Shown here: positions 1-11,333 of the stretch, in pieces
How the letters are laid out: the number at the start of each line of letters is the position of its first letter
Numbering within the stretch: the first letter of the stretch is position 1
Source: the human T2T-CHM13v2.0 reference genome, Homo sapiens
Length of the DNA stretch: 64,000 nucleotides
Assembly (NCBI RefSeq): GCF_009914755.1
Contig: NC_060927.1
Direction: 5' to 3' (one strand)
Translations under genes and position numbers: made by a program
Notes under the pieces: generated by a model
Told to the model about the DNA's origin: nothing
Seen by the model: only the letters and a program-made list of their open reading frames with translations
Databases searched by the model: none

Positions 1-420
1 GAGACGCACCAGCAGGTCCTGGCTGCTGATGGTGACGGCGCCCGCCGGGGCTACGCCAGGGCCGGGGGCGGCGGCCGGGCCGCTGGGGCCCTGCTCGGGG
101 CGGCTCGCCAGGTTGACACGGGAGCCAGGCTCGGCCTCCTGTGATCCGGCAGCCTCGGCGGCAGCGCCGCCGTGCGGCACTTCCAGCAGCACCAAGAAAG
201 AGTCGCCGTCGCTGTCGTCCTCGGCGGGCGGCGGGCTTGGCCCGGAGGCCTCCCCGGGCCGCGCCCCGGGCCCGCCATCTTCAGGGCCCCGCACCAGTAG
301 CAGGCGGCGGCGCGCGGGGCTCGCGCCGAGCGGCGCTGGGGCTCGGCGGAGCGGGCCGGGGCCGCCGCCATGTTGCCCTCCGCGCGCAGTCGGGGCGGGG
401 AGCAGCGCCGGGAGGTCCAT
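1..420 (-). CDS. ZXDC: ZXDC (ZXD family zinc finger C) exon 1, N-terminal part; CDS continues beyond the left edge
   Basis: Minus-strand ATG at 420-418 in strong Kozak context (accaagATGG) reads MDLPALLPAPTARGGQHGGGPGPLRRAPAPLGASPARRRLLLVRGPEDGGPGARPGEASGPSPPPAEDDSDGDSFLVLLEVPHGG...TISSQDLLVRL with no stop; recognised as the ZXDC N-terminus. Probably missing from the ORF track because it has no stop in the window. Confidence 0.95.
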   Translation of the reverse strand, partial: MDLPALLPAPTARGGQHGGGPGPLRRAPAPLGASPARRRLLLVRGPEDGGPGARPGEASGPSPPPAEDDSDGDSFLVLLEVPHGGAAAEAAGSQEAEPGSRVNLASRPEQGPSGPAAAPGPGVAPAGAVTISSQDLLVRL

Positions 421-830
421 CTTGGTCCCAGCGACGGCGTCGGAGCAGCTTCGGACGCAGAGCTGCCCGCGCCCCGCCCAGGTGTGCGTGCGCCGCCCCG
501 GGACGCGATCCGCGCCAAGCCCCGGCGTAGAGTCCGGCTCGGAACCGCGCGTGCGCGGACGCCGCCGGGCGATGCGCGAGGCCTGCTGGGCTGACGTGAC
601 GTGAGGCTGGGCTGCGGGGCGCCGGAGGCGGAGGCGGGGGCGGGGCGCCGGGACCGACTAGGGCGGGGCGCGGGGTCGGGGGGCGGGGCGCGGGGTCGGG
701 GGGCGGAGCGCCGGCACCTACGAGGGCGAGCGGCGGGGCACGGGACCGACAGGGGACGGGGTGAGGCTCCCCACGCTGAGCGATTCCTTCTCGTTCCCGC
801 TGGCGTGGAAGACGAGGCTTGTCTTGACTT
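1..830. promoter_or_regulatory. ZXDC CpG-island promoter with GC boxes and tandem CRE/ATF half-sites
   Basis: Very high GC and CpG density; multiple GGGCGG boxes 630-706; TGACGTGACGT at 592-602; no TATA box seen. Confidence 0.9.
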
Positions 831-1964
831 CGAATCGTATTAATATTTCAGACACTTAACAGGCAACCTCTCGTAGGCATTGACTGCGTCCCAGGGGCTG
901 TACCTGTCCGAGCTGATTAAGCGTGCGCGGTCACCCAGGGGTGAGGAAACAGGGACGGCGAGCTCGAGTCACTCGGCAGCCGGCAGATCCAGGATTCGAA
1001 CCTGTCCAACAGGCCGGACGCCTACCCCCAGCTCACTTAAGTGCAAGCTCGCCTGCCGCCGCTGGCGCACAGACCTCGTTTGCTTTGGCCCAGGTCCTTG
1101 CTCGGCACACGGGGCCTCCCTGATACGCAGGACCCCTGCCTGTATTTCCAACTGTATTTCCTACTAAACTTGGCACAACCTCACTCTGCAACAGCTTAAT
1201 TACTTACTGTTTCCGGTCCTCACCCTCCCCCACCTCACCGTACACCTCCGCATTCAATCTGGACTCCTCCACTTCAACTTCACCACCACTCAGATCCAAA
1301 CCCGCACTTTATTCCTGGGTACCTGAAAAATAACTACTAGCTGGTCATCGGTCTCCCTCCGCTCCACTCGCTCCCATCCACGGGGCACCGTTTTATGATC
1401 TAAAAATTGCACATCAAATTATGCTCACCTCCACCTTGCTCCCGAAGGCGCCTATGGCCTTGCTAGTCTACCCTCCCCTACCTGTTTGCCCTCACTTCCC
1501 GCCACTCTCCCGCTGCCCCCCCCACCCCTCCCCCGCACCCCACCTCTTTTTCCCAGTTCATCCAGCAAGCCAAGCTGGTTCCAGCCTCAGAGACTTGGCG
1601 CAGCTGATCTCTGATTCCTCTGGGAGGACTCTGCGCCCCTTCTGATCCAAAGCACATGCTTACCCAGTCCCGTATTCCCACCTCTGTCTGATCTGTTTGC
1701 TCTTAGAGCTCTCATCACCCGTTGTTTTGTTGAGTTCCTTCCCTGCTCCTTCACTGTCTCTCCCTCTCTGGAATGTAGGCTCCTGGAGCCCAGGAACTGT
1801 GTCCTATTCACTGTGTGTGCCCAGGAAGACTCTTGGTGCATATTTGTTAAATACATGAATGCTTTATTATTAAGAGTATTTTTTTAAGTAACACAAATTA
1901 TAATATTAAAAAGAATAGGATACATCTATTATATATATCAGTTTATGCCGAAAACATATTGTTC

Positions 1965-2683
1965 CTAGACCATTCAGTAGAGGAAAGAATAGTCATTTCA
2001 ATAATGGCGGCACTGGGACAACTGGATCTCCACATGCAAAAGAACCAATTTGGACGTGTATCTCTCATCAGAGGCAAAAATTAACTCAAATTAGAGCAAA
2101 AGCCTACACGTAAGACATAAAACTATTTGAAGAAAAGTAGGTGTAAATCTATGTGACCCTGGATTAGGGAATAGTTTCTTAGATATAATATTGAAAGCAC
2201 AAGAAAGAAAAATAGATAACTTGGACTTCATCAAAATTAAAAACTTACTCAGGTAAAAGGACACCAATAAGACAGTGAAAAGACAACTCAGAATGGGAGA
2301 AGGGTGTGCAAATCGAATATCTGATAAGGATCTACTATCTGGAATATATAAAGAACTCTTAGCAAGAAGACAAACAGTCCACTTTTTTAAAAGGCAAAGG
2401 TTTGAATAGACATATTTCTCCAAAGAAGATAATACAAACAGCCAATAAGCAAATAAAAAGAGGCTCAACATCACGAATCATTAGGGAAATGCAAATCAAA
2501 ACACAGTGAGATACAACTTCACACCTACTCAAATAGTGGTAATTTTTTTAAAAACAGGATATAGAAAAATTGGAACTCTCACATATGGCTGGTGGGAATG
2601 TATAACGTTGCGGTGTGGAAAACAGTTTGGCAGTTCTGCAGAAAGCTAAACATAATCTCCACATGACCCAGCAAGTCCATCCC
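1965..2683 (+). mobile_element. Old L1 (L1M-type) fragment, 3' ORF2 region
   Basis: A-rich degenerate L1 motifs (ctgggacaactggatctccacatgcaaaag, ttggacttcatcaaaattaaaaactt, cattagggaaatgcaaatcaaaac); no intact ORF. Confidence 0.8.
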
Positions 2684-2684
2684 T

Positions 2685-2817
2685 GTGTTGCTGAGGCTGG
2701 AGTGTGGTGGCTATTCACAGGTGCAATCATAGTGCGACCTCCAACTGGCCTCAAGCAGTCCTTCCGGGTCAGCCTCCCAATTAACTGGACTACAGGCATA
2801 TGCCACCATGCCCAACT
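2685..2817 (-). mobile_element. FAM-like fossil Alu monomer (7SL-derived)
   Basis: Retains the 7SL/FAM-type segment gctattcacaggtgcaatcatagtgc followed by Alu-like gcctccca...ggactacaggcatatgccaccatgccca. Confidence 0.7.
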
Positions 2818-3004
2818 TGTTGCGCAGCATTGATTATGCCACATTCTCGTGATCAAAGAAGTCATAAGACACTGCAGACCCAGGCAAGGGGAACTTGTAC
2901 TCCACCTCTCAATGGGAGGTGCTGGAAAGAATTTGCAGCCATTTTTAAACTATCACAACTTCTCTGTGCCTCAGTTTCCTCATGTGTAAAATGAAGGGGA
3001 CTGA

Positions 3005-3560
3005 GAAAGAAAAAGGGCAGCCCCTGCCATCCAGAAACTGGCCGGGTGCTACAGCTGGGCCACTCTGTTCTGTAAGACTTGAACCATCACGCAGAAAACC
3101 AACCTAGGCCAAGGTCACTGAAACACAATGACATGAGACAAAGCAAGGCCACTTCATGATGTGTCTCCACCCAGATAAAGCGAGGTCACTTGCTGTGCCA
3201 TTTACAAGATACCCAGCAGCCCCTCTCTCAGCTAACGTGAGCAGCCGCCGCTTTTGTACCCCTGACAGCCTGTCTGTCTGTGTGCTTCCCTCTCTGTATA
3301 TAGGATTTAGTCAGAAACCTAGTCATGGTGTTGACCCGATTTCTGGTAAGAGCCAATCCAGAGCAAATCCCCGCTTCCTAAGACTCCCCCACCCAACCAA
3401 AGCTCAAATCTGATACTAGGTTGTTTCAGATACTAGGTTGTTTCAGCCTTCTGCTGAGATACCCTGAAAGGAGCAACAGGACTCCTGGCGAGGGTCAGAC
3501 GCGCCACTTCACCAGGTGGGCTTGAGTCAGCTCAATGTGGTCATCCAGTGGGGCTCAGGC
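3005..3560 (+). mobile_element. Probable solo ERVL-class LTR (MER54/73/74-like)
   Basis: Start aaagaaaaagggcagcccctgccatccagaaactggcc resembles recalled consensus; contains a 17-bp tandem duplication gatactaggttgtttca at 3412-3445. Family and ends uncertain. Confidence 0.35.
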
Positions 3561-4245
3561 AGAGACTTGAACTTGGTAGTCTCAAAGGAGTGCCCCAAAT
3601 TACAAGGACCACAGAGATTGTGCCTTGGCCAGCCAGACCTGTACTCTCCAGGCTGTGTGGAAAGGATTTTGGAGAAGCCAGGGGAAGGGACGCAGATGAC
3701 ACACGCATGCACGCTCAGATTTATTTGTGTCTGGGGAGAAATCCCATCAGCCCAGGTATCGCTGGATGTCCAGCACCTCTTTTGGGCTAAAAGGCATCAT
3801 GTGGATCTTGAGATTGCTAACAGAGAAGTGTCCAGGATTCCCAAATTTTGATGGGAGTGGGGATGAGGTTCACTGGGAGCAAAAGAGCATCTCTTTGTCA
3901 AAGGTCACAAGTTCAAATCCCAGCAGAGGTCATACAAGTCACACAAATGTGGGAGACAGGTGGGCACAGGAAACATAGACTCTCATGCCAAGGGACAAAC
4001 AGCATACACGCTCCGCCTCACCATGGGTTCTGTAGGGACTGGAAGGGACTGTGGCCAAGTGCAGAGAGCTAGGCCAGCCCAGAGGGGCCCCCAGCAAATC
4101 ACTGCCACAGAGGTGGTGAGAACATGGTGTTACCTTATATCTTGATTTTCAAAAAATAAGCTCTGGATTTCTCCCAATTTGTAAACATTGGTGACAAAGT
4201 CAAATTTTTTTAAAAACAGGACAGACCAAACAAAACACAACTGCA

Positions 4246-4411
4246 GGCTGAGTGTAGTGCTGTGCTCCTGTGGTCCCAGCTACTTGGGAGGCTAAGGCAG
4301 GAGGATCACTTCAGCCCAGGAGTTCAAGGCTACAGTGAGCCATGATTGCACCACTGCACTCCAGCCTGAGTGACAGAGCAAGATCCTATTTCTAAAAAAT
4401 ATATAAATAAA
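4246..4411 (+). mobile_element. Alu monomer (FRAM/AluJ right-arm type)
   Basis: cctgtggtcccagctacttgggaggctaaggcaggaggatcac...gcactccagcctgagtgacagagcaag then A-rich tail. Confidence 0.85.
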
Positions 4412-5126
4412 ACATAACTGCAGGTCATGCCCGGCCCACAGGCCCCTGTGTGGTTGTCTACTCTGGGAAAACTGGAATGGGAGAGTGCATCACTCAGCCA
4501 GGCCCTCCCTCCCTGACCTTGGCTTGCCAGCAAGGAAAGCATACAGTTCCCAGGGACCCTGGGTTTGCAGAGAGCAGGCGCTGCCCAGGGGGAGGACCCT
4601 AATGCTGTACTGCAGGGCCTGAGCCTTTCTCACCTCCAACTCTTAAGGCAACTGAACCCTACACTCATCATGGCCAACTGGTTTCTCTTTTAATCATTTT
4701 GATGAAAACATTTCTAACTGGACTATACATCCTTGCCTTCTGAAAAAGAAGATGGCACTGGGCACATCAGAAGCCACGCTGTTCCTTCCATGGCGACTAC
4801 AGCTGTGACCAGCTGCCCCAATTCCGCTGTGAGCCCCGTGGGAGTCAGCTGTCACTTACCACTGCAGCAGCAGACAGCAGGTTGGCATGCAGGGGCCAGG
4901 GAAGTAGCTTGCTCCCTGGCATGGCTTGGTATGGAGCCCAGAGGGGGTCTGGGGTCTGTGTGCAGCTGGAAGCCACCAGAGCCCTCCCTGTCCTTCAAGA
5001 GGGAAGGTGCTGGATGGGGAAAGGGTGATGCCAGGGCCCTGTGGCCCGCTCTTAAGATGTGTGCACAGATCCATGCAGCAGGGTGCTTTCATGGAGATGT
5101 GGGGACCGACGATTCGTCCCTACACA

Positions 5127-5417
5127 CTCTGTCCTGTCTCTCTCACTATCTCTGTCTTTCTCTCTTTCTCTGTCTCTTACTCTCTCTATCTCTCTCTTTC
5201 TCTGTCTCTTCCTCTCTGTATCTCTTTCTTTCTCTGTCTCTTCCTCTCTCTCTGTCTCTCTCTGTGACTCTCTGTCTGTCTCTGCCCCTCTCTGTAACAC
5301 TCTCCCCTCTCTGTCTCTGTCCTTCTGTCTCTGCCCCTCTCTGTAACACTCTCCCCTCTCTGTCTCTGTCTTTCTGTCTCTGCCCCTCTCTGTAACACTC
5401 TCCCCTCTCTGTCTCTG
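5127..5417. repeat. CT-rich tract ending in ~2.8 copies of a 49-bp unit
   Basis: (TC/TGTC)n low complexity; unit tctgcccctctctgtaacactctcccctctctgtctctgtc(c/t)ttctgtc starts at 5281, 5330, 5379. Confidence 0.9.
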
Positions 5418-5653
5418 CCATGGAAGGATGCAGTGAGAAGTTGGCCTCACCAGGAATTACGCCAGCTGGCACCTGGTCTTGGGCTTCCAGCCTGCAAATG
5501 TGTTTCATTTCTGTTGTTTGGGCCCCAGTGCCAGACATTATGTGGCAGCCGCCCTAGCTGACCAACCTGGTTGCTGTGTTTCCAGGCCCCACATCTTGGT
5601 TCTGGCAGGACGAAGGGGCGAAGGCAAAAAGCAACCCCGCTGGATCTGTCCAT

Positions 5654-5780
5654 TTTATTAGAAAAACGACGGCTCTCAAGAAGCCCTGCCCCACAGACCC
5701 CACCCTCATCTCGTGGGCCAGGACTAGGCCAACAGTCCCTCCTAACAGCAAGGAAGGCTGGAGAATCAGGTGGTTTTATT
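5654..5780 (-). terminator. Candidate distal UROC1 polyadenylation signals (AATAAA at 5659-5654 and 5780-5775)
   Basis: tttatt on plus strand at 5654-5659 and 5775-5780, about 1.0-1.2 kb downstream of the UROC1 stop; a proximal AATAAA is at 6347-6342. Confidence 0.6.
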
Positions 5781-6819
5781 TACCCTATATTGCTGCCCAC
5801 ACAAAACTAGGCTTTTGTTCACAAGGGAAAGGGGAGAATGGCTGCTGGGGAGGAGATGCGGAGTGCAGGGAGGGTGGGGACCAAGAACCCGGCTTGGTCC
5901 TGGAGAGGGCAGTGGCCTGCCCCTCTCCAATCCACAGACATGTGGGGTGTCTGGTTTTCTGTGGCCCTCAGAGGCCCACCCACAGACTCTTTCTCATTTC
6001 TCTGTTTAGGATGAGTTATCTGTTGGTCTGTTGCACGCCCAGCTAAGAGAATGAGATTCATGAGCCCTGGCCCTGACAGAGGCCACTTCCCCCATCCCGG
6101 TGACCTCTCACGAGGCTCTGGACCCAGTCATTACCGGGCTATGGGATTGGGGAAGGGGTGCCAGACTCCAGCCTCAGGGGCCAGCAAAGGGTCCCCTTTG
6201 CTGTACCCCTCAGGCTGTGCTGGCCTAGGGGGGTGCCCCTGCTCTCTCATTTCTTCCCCAGTAAGTGATCATTTATCCTTAGGGCAGACCCGGCCTGCCC
6301 GTCCCACCAGCCCACAGTGCAGCACACAGCTCTGTTGACCCTTTATTTCCTGGTCTATCCTCCTTCCCGAACTCCTCCAGGCCAGCAGCCCAGGGTGCCA
6401 GGGTCCAGAAGTTGCTTGCACAGACAGCAGATGGGCAGCAGACAGACAGAGTTGCATGGAGGCTGGCAGGTGGCCAGGAAGCAGAGGGTGTGATCATCCC
6501 AGCCGGAGAGAGCTTGACCAGTGTTCACCGCAGGGCCCCCGGGCAGGCTTGGGACTTGGCCCTAAATGGACTTTGACAGCCTTCAGGGCTCCCATGCAAG
6601 TGGCATGGTTGTGGACAGAGAGCTGCATGTCTCTGGGCCTCAGGGGGCTGTCTGTAAAATGAGGCTGTGGTGGCACCCTGCACAGGGCACCATAAGGGCC
6701 ACGTGAGGATGTGCGAGAAGTGCAGGTAGTGCGGGTGTGCAGGAAGGGTGTGTGCCATGGCTGGGCAGGTGAGGATCGCCAGGGAGGAAGGGAGGCAGGG
6801 GCCGCGACTCCTGGCTCCC

Positions 6820-6960
6820 TCAGAGCTGCAGGGCCTGCTGGAGCACCCGCTCGTCCTCCACCTTGTGAGGCAGTGTCACCACCAAGGTGCTGTTCTCCTG
6901 CATGGTCTGGCAGATGATCTCATAGGCCTTCTGGTTCCCTGACCAGCAGCGCCGGGCCAC
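6820..6960 (-). CDS. UROC1: UROC1 exon 20 (last coding exon)
   Basis: ag|VARRCWSGNQKAYEIICQTMQENSTLVVTLPHKVEDERVLQQALQL*; 141 nt; cumulative CDS 2031 nt. Confidence 0.97.
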   Translation of the reverse strand: MARRCWSGNQKAYEIICQTMQENSTLVVTLPHKVEDERVLQQALQL

Positions 6961-7843
6961 CTAGGGCAAGGAGGGGGATAGCAGTCCATGTCAACATAAC
7001 CGGGCTCCCCACGTGAGTCTTGGCTCCCACACTTGGGGCCTCTCTGCTTCGGGACCTCTGAGGCTGTCCGTGGGGACAGCTGCCCTTTTGTGTCTGCCCC
7101 ATTTCCACCCCCAGCTTAGGCTCCCTGTCTCTGGCCCTCCTCTGGGATCTGAAACTGGCGGTCATCACACTCAGTCCTGCTCCCCCAGCTCCAAGAATGG
7201 CCTTGCCTCCTGAGTCCTCCGCAGCACCTCCCTCCCTTCTAGAATCCACCTCAGCCTGAGCTCTACCTTCACAATGTCCCTGCAGTCCTCTTTCTTCCCT
7301 CCACCTGGTCTCCCCTGGATGATGCCACGCCTCCTCCCCCATTCCCCTCTGCCATTCTTGCCACCCCCGCCTCCGCCTTCCACACAGTCACCACACCTGC
7401 CCCCAACCCACTTTTCCATGCCACAGCCGGGGCATCTCCTAGAACAAAACCTCTTGCTCTGGGATGAAGACCTCCATCCCCAGCTCCGCCAGAAGCCCTG
7501 CAGCTCCCGGTGAGATGGGGTGAGTCTCCTGCCAGCACCCTCTCTGTCCTCATGCTCACGCTCCGGGCCCAGCCCAGGGGCTTTCAGTCACCCAAGCTGT
7601 CTGAACTCCCGCCTTTGCTCCAAGCCTCCCCTCATTCTCTGGGTCCCACCTGTCTCCCCATCATCACCTGACCTGACCTCCATTTGAGCTGATTCCCCCT
7701 TCCTGGCTGCTGTGCTGTGGTCATGAGAGGAATCCGGCCCCCATCCCCACACCCAGGAGATGCTGTATGACAGCAAACGTGGATGGGGATCACCCAGCTG
7801 AAGGCCCTGCCTTCAGGAGGTGGCAAGGACTGGGCTGACTTAC

Positions 7844-7943
7844 ACCATTGGAGACATCCCAGCTGAGCATCAGCCTGGCTCTCCCCTCGGCCTCCGGGGT
7901 ACCGTCCAGCACGAGGCCGAATCCCCCGTTGATCACCTCACCC
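7844..7943 (-). CDS. UROC1: UROC1 exon 19
   Basis: (W)GEVINGGFGLVLDGTPEAEGRARLMLSWDVSNG|gtaagt; 100 nt; conserved urocanase C-terminal motifs. Confidence 0.97.
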
Positions 7944-8366
7944 CTGCAGGAGGCAGAGGAGTTTCCAGTTCATTCCTGGGGCCCAACACTGCACAGAGCA
8001 GGCAGAAGCCCATGTTTTGGAAGCATTGGCTTGAGACGGCGTCAGGGTTGGGGCCGCCACACCGCCAGCCTCTGCAACCTGGTGGATGCAGGAGTCGTGC
8101 AGGCAAGCACAGCTGGGAGCAGCGTGGTTACCTGCCACCTCTCTGCCCACTTGTGCCCCCTGTGCTGGGCCTGTCGGCCTCGTGCCCACTTCCACCACCC
8201 ATTGGAGGTCATCCCTTGATGGAAACCTCCTGGGTACCCCCAGTGGGCTATAGCTGCCCCCTCCCTGCATTCTCAGAGTGCTGCCCTATAAAGCACACTC
8301 CCCTTGGTGTGTCTTGTATTACTCAATTCAGTCATCACTCTTTCTGGTTTTATCTTTAAAAAAAAT

Positions 8367-8492
8367 ATTTTTTTAGAGATGGTATCTCACTATGCTGCCC
8401 AGGATGACCATGAAATCCTGGCCTGAAGCAATCCTCTTGCTTCGACCTCCCAAAATGCTGGGATTATAGGCATGGGCCACTGTGCCCCACCT
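8367..8492 (-). mobile_element. Alu left monomer (FLAM_C-like)
   Basis: T-run then agagatggtatctcactatgctgcccagg...cctcccaaaatgctgggattataggcatgggccac. Confidence 0.85.
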
Positions 8493-10059
8493 GATTTTAT
8501 CCTTATGATCTTTATCTTCCTTATCTCTTCTTTCTGCTTGCCTCAAGTGTATGGGGGGTCCTTCTGATTATTTGATCTGAAGGCTAAGTTCCTTTATTTT
8601 CAATATTTCTGGTTTTCTAATTAATGCATTTCTCTCCTTCTAACAGTTTTTGATATGTTCTTGGTTTCATTTGTTTCCTAGTAGATGAGTTGAACTTCAT
8701 TAACTGTGTTGAAGCTCTGCTGCTGCTTCCATGCATGTGCACTGGAGCTGTTCCCCATCAGCCTGGGATGGCCTTCCCCATCCTCAGCCATTCACCTACG
8801 AGCTGCTGCCCTTGAAGCATCCAGCCTTGGCTCCTGCTCAGTCTTCTCAGCTTTCAGTTACACAAGAAGCACCCTTAATTTTGTAAACGCCTGTCGTTGT
8901 GTTGTTGCAAATGTGTCCCTCCTGCCTCTTATTCCTCACTTGCAGTATATCTGTTCCTTTTTCTTCCAGCATGCAAAATGTGCATCTAGTTTCCCTTGTC
9001 TCAAATCCTTCAGGCCCATCCAGCTTTCCCTGCTTCTCTGCCCAGCCTGAATCCTACTGACCACAACCTCAGCCAGTTCTCACCAGGAAGCCAGTGAGAG
9101 GTGCCCTGTGCCCCTTGCAGCCACCTACACTCCCCATTCCTGGTCCCAGAAGCTGCACCCCTCCTGCAAGTGAGCCAGCTGTGCTGCCTACCACCCTGCA
9201 CTTGCATCCCTGCACCTGGGCAGTCCACGGCCTGCAGTGGGTTGCCCTCACACCTCCCACCAGCCTCCAGGTGGGAGGTGCTCCAAGTCGATCTAAGGTC
9301 ATTACCATTCATCTGTCAGAGGAGCAACAGCCATGCCCAGGCCTGAGCACTCCCAGTGTCCTGCAGCTAGAGAGGCCTCTTGGAGATTAGAACTACAGAT
9401 TTTGTTTTAGAAGCCTGCATCCCAGAGGGTCAGAGACCCAGGCCGCTCAGCTTCAGGTGACCTTGGCAAACTGACCACAGAGGAACTCTGAACTTGCAGA
9501 TCCCAGGAAAATGGGAACGCTAACACATTGCTATTAATGGTGAATTTGAGGTAACTCACAAATGGTGTTGGAACAACTAACTATACCTTTGAGAAAAACA
9601 TGAAAGTAGAAAAACATAAATGCCAGATGTATTAAAGTGCATGATTCGATGAGTTAACATACATGAATAGTGTAGAAGGCCTTGCACATGTTAACACTCT
9701 ACAAGCGTTCGCTATCATCAGCTCATTTCCTCTTCACCCCTAGCCTACAAGGCAGTTGTTATTATTATGCTTATTTTCTCATTGAGAAACAAAGGCACAG
9801 CAAGGCTACCCTGTGCAGGCAGATGGCCTGAGAACTGCTGTCAATCATGGCACTCCAGGGCTGTCCATCGGGGCATCATCCCCTGCACATGGGCAGAAGG
9901 CATGTGGGTGGGTGGGGGAGGGCTGTGTGCACAGACAGGGCCCTGGAAGCCCTGGCTACTCAGAGAGGTCCTCGGGGCAGAGGATCAGCGTCACCAGGAG
10001 CTTGCTAGAAATGCTGAATCTCCATTCCACCCCACACCTGCTTTTTTTTCTTTGTTCCC

Positions 10060-10200
10060 CATTTATTTTTATTTTTTTTTTTTTTGGTAGAGAGGGTGTC
10101 TCACTATGTTTCCCAGGCTTTACTCAAACCTCCTGGGCTCAAGCAATCCTCCTGCCTTAGCCTTCTGAGTAGATGGGACTATAGGCGTGCACCACTAGGC
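10060..10200 (-). mobile_element. Alu left monomer (FLAM_A-like), apparently inserted in a MER5-type DNA transposon relic
   Basis: Poly-T then gtagagagggtgtctcactatgtttcccaggc...tcctgggctcaagcaatcctcctgcc; MER5-like flanks at ~9985-10040 and ~10235-10295. Confidence 0.8.
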
Positions 10201-11220
10201 CTGACTCAGACCTGGTGGTGCACGCCTATACAATAATCTGCATTTTAATGATATCCCCAGAGGATTTCTGTGCACATTCAAGTTTCAGATGCACTGTAAG
10301 ACATTGTTTAGTGTGAAAAAGTGGCAGTATCCAGATATATAATAGATGGTGGATAGAACACAGCCATTTACCCCTGCCCCTCCTGCATCTCACCAACAAA
10401 ACTGCAGAGGAATTATTTAACCCACAAGGATGAGGAGAAAGGGACAGGAGAATGGGTGATGGGATTCTGAAAGCTGGAGGCAGGCATCAGAAAGCTCCAG
10501 CGCAGTGTGGCCATGGGAGGGACCGGCAGAATCCATCGGCGCCCCAGGACCCAGGGAACCTCAGGAGCTGGTGGTCAGCACCAAGGGGCTCCGAAGGAGG
10601 GCAAGAGCAGAGGTAAAGTTGGAAACACCGGCTGGAAGCCTGCTCACCTGAGGTGGGCTCCCAGATGCCCACCCACCTGCTGCCTAGAGGCTGCCCGAGT
10701 GGGCCCTCGGTGGCCACTGGAACTGACCCTCTCACATGTGAGGCCGCAGCACCAACAGGGAGGCCTCACCCCTCTGACTGGGTCCTCCCAATAGGGAAAG
10801 GAGATCAGAAAAGTCTTTTCTGAGGTCCAACCAACCCAAGAACAAGAGCCTGGCTCTTGTCTTGATCTCTTGCACTCTGTGGCCCAGCCAGATGGCTCTG
10901 TCCTGCAGCCTGCGGTCCAAACGTCCACCTGAGCATGCAGGGCTGCAGCCAGCCAAGTAGTGCCCTGTTTAAACGTGAGCGCTGGGCAGATGGCACAAAG
11001 ACAGACGGCAAATGGGCAATCAGGAAGAGGGGCTGCAGGAGACAGTGGCACAGAGGAGGCTAGAAACAACACACAGCTGTCACTGGTTGTCCTGGAGTGG
11101 AGCCAACAGACAAGTGGAAACATGGGAAGTTCGGTCCAGGAATGTGAGGGTGAGCGCACAGCCTGGAAACAGGGATCAATGCGCAGGAAAGAGAAACTGC
11201 TGCAGAGTTGCGGGGGGTGG

Positions 11221-11333
11221 GGCGTCCCCTTGGAGTAGCCACGGTGGGGATGGAATTGGGAGTGGCATCCCTTTCGAGTAGCCACGGTGGAGACAGAATT
11301 GGGAGTGGCGTCCCTTTGGAGTAGCCATGGTTG
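11221..11333. repeat. 43-bp minisatellite, ~2.6 copies
   Basis: Unit ggcgtccccttggagtagccacggtggggatggaattgggagt starts at 11221, 11264, 11307. Confidence 0.9.

Noticed and set aside
29-604. 191-aa plus-strand ORF and other ORFs over the ZXDC island
   Set aside because: Antisense or off-frame shadows of GC-rich ZXDC exon 1.
2685-2817. Possible 7SL RNA gene or pseudogene
   Set aside because: Lacks the S domain and is diverged; fits a fossil Alu monomer.
4733-5538. Leu/Ser-rich and Arg/Glu-rich ORFs
   Set aside because: Artefacts of the CT-rich repeat.
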